Assembly (NCBI GenBank): GCA_958009085.1
Contig: OY253678.1
Coordinates: 248,001 to 312,000 of the forward strand
Reading direction: 5' to 3'
From: Protoeuglena noctilucae
Lineage: Eukaryota
DNA: 64,000 nt
Part shown: positions 61,879-64,000 of the stretch, in pieces
How the letters are laid out: each line of letters begins with the position of its first letter
Position numbering within the stretch: the stretch's first letter is position 1
Program-made: the position numbers and the translations under genes
Notes under the pieces: generated by a model
What the model saw: the letters and a program-made list of their open reading frames with translations, nothing else
Databases searched by the model: none
What the model was told of the DNA's origin: nothing

Positions 61879-64000
61879 TCAGTCTGCGTCGGCCCCGCGG
61901 TCAAAGGAGGGGCTCCCCGCCAGCGTGGCGTCGAGGCGAGACGCGGCGTCCTCGATGCTCGTGCCGGCGCTGCTGTATTCGGAATGCACGCGCTCCACCT
62001 CGCGCGCCACATCGCCCATCGTCCCCCGAGCCTCCTCGACAAACGCCCTGCGGGCGGGGAGCGAGCAAGGAGGGGTCATAAGGGTGGTCCGCGTCGCGAG
62101 CGGCACGTTGTCGCGAACAGCTCCCAGTTTCGACAGAATTGTCCAGGACACAGCGGGACGCACCTCAGGCGCTGCCCCTCGGCCTCCAGCTGAGCCAGTC
62201 GATCCTGGAGGCCCCGCAAGCTCTCGCCGCCGCGCCGACTTCGACCCCGGCTCGCGGACGCCTGGGCCCCGGGCGCGCTGGGAGTGGGCGGCTCCGACAC
62301 GTCACCGTCGCCACTCTCGGGGGACCACCCCGCGCCCTCACGCTCCGCGCGCTCCCGCGCCGCGCGCTCGCGCCTCAGCAGCTCTTCGTAGTGCTCTCGC
62401 AAGTCGTCCATGGCCTCCTGCAGCCCCGGGGTGTCCGGGCCCACAGGAGTGGGAGCCACTGCTCCTGAAGTGGTGGCCTGGGCCGGCCCGGGTGTGGGCA
62501 AGGCTCTTGCCATGGCACCCAGAGCCTCCCGGAGCTCGGAGATCTCCACCATGAGCTCCGCATTGGCGCCCTGCAGCGCCCGGCGGTCCTCCTCCAGTCT
62601 CCCCACCTCGGCACGCAGCCGGGCCATCGCGTCGCTGTCGGCGGCGGGGTTGCTCGTGCTGCTTGGGGAGCCCTTGCTTGGGGACTCCGCCCCCGCCTAG
62701 GGACGCGAGGCAGGTGGGAGACGGTGTTGGACGAGGAAACCGCGGCATGCGGCCTGAGCAGCGCCGTTTGATGCAGGGCCAATCGTGCAACGCGAGCAGG
62801 GCAACTGGCCCCGGCATGCACCCTCACCTCCGTCGCCCGCCTTCGCAGCTCCACCACCTCGGCCTCCAGTTCTCGCACGCGCGCCTCCAGCTTGGCCGTG
62901 CGCTCGCCCCGGTCCGCTTGCACGGCGCCCTGCCGCATGCCCGCGAACCGCGCGTCTGCCAGCAGGGCCTCCAGCTCCCGCACGCGGCCCTGCTCCAGAT
63001 CGACGCGCTGCTCCAGCCCGGCGATGTCCTGCGCGGCGTCCTGCAGCCGAGCCTGCAGGAGCTGGCTGCGAGCACGGCCAGGGAGCAGGGCCAATGTTGG
63101 TCACAATTCGGTTGCGCGCCAGCAGCTTAGCGGTGGGACGATGGCGCAGGGCGTCGTCTCTGGCATTCCACAACGGACCAAGCACGAGATCTCCGCTCCA
63201 GATGCGCACCAGTGCGTCTCGGCTGCCGCCAGCTCCCGCTGCAGCTGCATGCGGCCCGCGTCTGCTTGGATGTGCACGCCCTTGGCCGCCCGGAGCTGCT
63301 CCGCCACGCGGTCCGTCTCCGCGTGGGCGGCGCGGAGGGCGCCCTCGAGTCGCTGCATCTCCCTGGCCAATGCGTCCGCCTGGCGCTCGTGGGCCTGCAG
63401 CCACGGTGGCGACGCTCGCTGTTGGTACGCATGCTGGCCGAGCCATCGGCGAGCAGTGCGAGTGACCTATGGGAGAATGATCCATGCTGCAACGCCAGCA
63501 AATCTCCGTCGTACCTCCGCCATGCCTGCCAATCTGTGCAGCGTACCATGTGCTCTACCCCCAACAGGTACCCTCACCTGCATGTCCACCAGCATCTGAC
63601 GGTTCTCCGATTGTGCCGCCAGCAACGCGCGCTTCAGTGCCTCCGCCTCCTCCTTGTGGCCCTCCACGTCGCGCTGCCGGCTGGCCACGTCCCGCTCCAG
63701 CGCACCCACCGCGGAGGAGAGGCGGCGGTTCTCAGCAGACAGGTCCTGCGCTCACGGGGCACGGCGTCGTGTCACAACACAAGGACAAGGAAGCACGGTT
63801 GCACCGCTCTGTCCCGAGATAGCCAATCGGAAATCATGGACGTGGCGATGACCAAGCGCGCGAAGAAGCCAGTACGCATTGGACGGCCAGGGCGAGCCCG
63901 AGCCTCGCCTGGTACGCGGCGACGAGGTCGCTCAGCTCGCGCTCCTTCTGCAGCACAGCCGCCTCGCACGCCACCAGGCGCCGCGACAGGCCCTCCACCT
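61879..64000 (-). CDS. 3' part of BLD10/CEP135-like centriolar coiled-coil protein (5' end outside window)
   Basis: AAYQDLSAENRRL, LVDMQAHERQADALAR, LQRELAA, EQGRVRELEALLADAR resemble my recollection of the CEP135/BLD10 C-terminus. Not database-verified. Confidence 0.6.

Noticed and set aside
1..64000. Many long overlapping ORFs in the six-frame track (e.g. 351-1850+, 8086-9654-, 38674-40458+, 61043-62554+)
   Set aside because: These are shadow frames expected at high GC. They are Arg/Pro/Gly-rich, lack motifs, and lie opposite or offset from real exons.
1..64000. Introner or other transposable element family in the introns
   Set aside because: I saw no shared intron sequence, terminal inverted repeats or transposase/RT motifs by eye. 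An all-versus-all intron alignment would settle it.

Overview
This is eukaryotic nuclear DNA: GC-rich (about 70% by eye), extremely gene-dense, with about 25 multi-exon genes, short introns (mostly 70-200 nt) and almost no intergenic space. Gene content (plastid sigma factor, Z-ISO, AP2 transcription factor, PHS1-type phosphatase, HIR, DUF1664, BLD10/CEP135-like protein) points to a flagellated green alga. A pedinophyte- or prasinophyte-like compact genome is my inference, not verified. I found no rRNA, tRNA, CRISPR array or transposon. The main result is in the last exon of the HIR/band-7 gene (minus strand): a candidate -1 programmed ribosomal frameshift cassette. It consists of an in-frame G GGU UUU slippery heptamer (41513-41507), a 5-nt spacer and a 12-bp GC-rich stem whose loop contains the normal stop codon. 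It leads into a 209-codon, coding-like -1 frame with no ATG of its own, which predicts a C-terminally extended HIR isoform. Other notable points: about 20 GC-AG introns (over 10% of an estimated 150); one in-frame TAG in an otherwise intact CLN3; convergent genes whose stop codons abut or overlap; two CaaX-terminated vWA paralogs with intron turnover; a double-NAP-domain protein with a membrane anchor; and two single-base G-run frameshifts that are probably sequencing errors. All gene models were spliced by hand, so some 5' ends are approximate.
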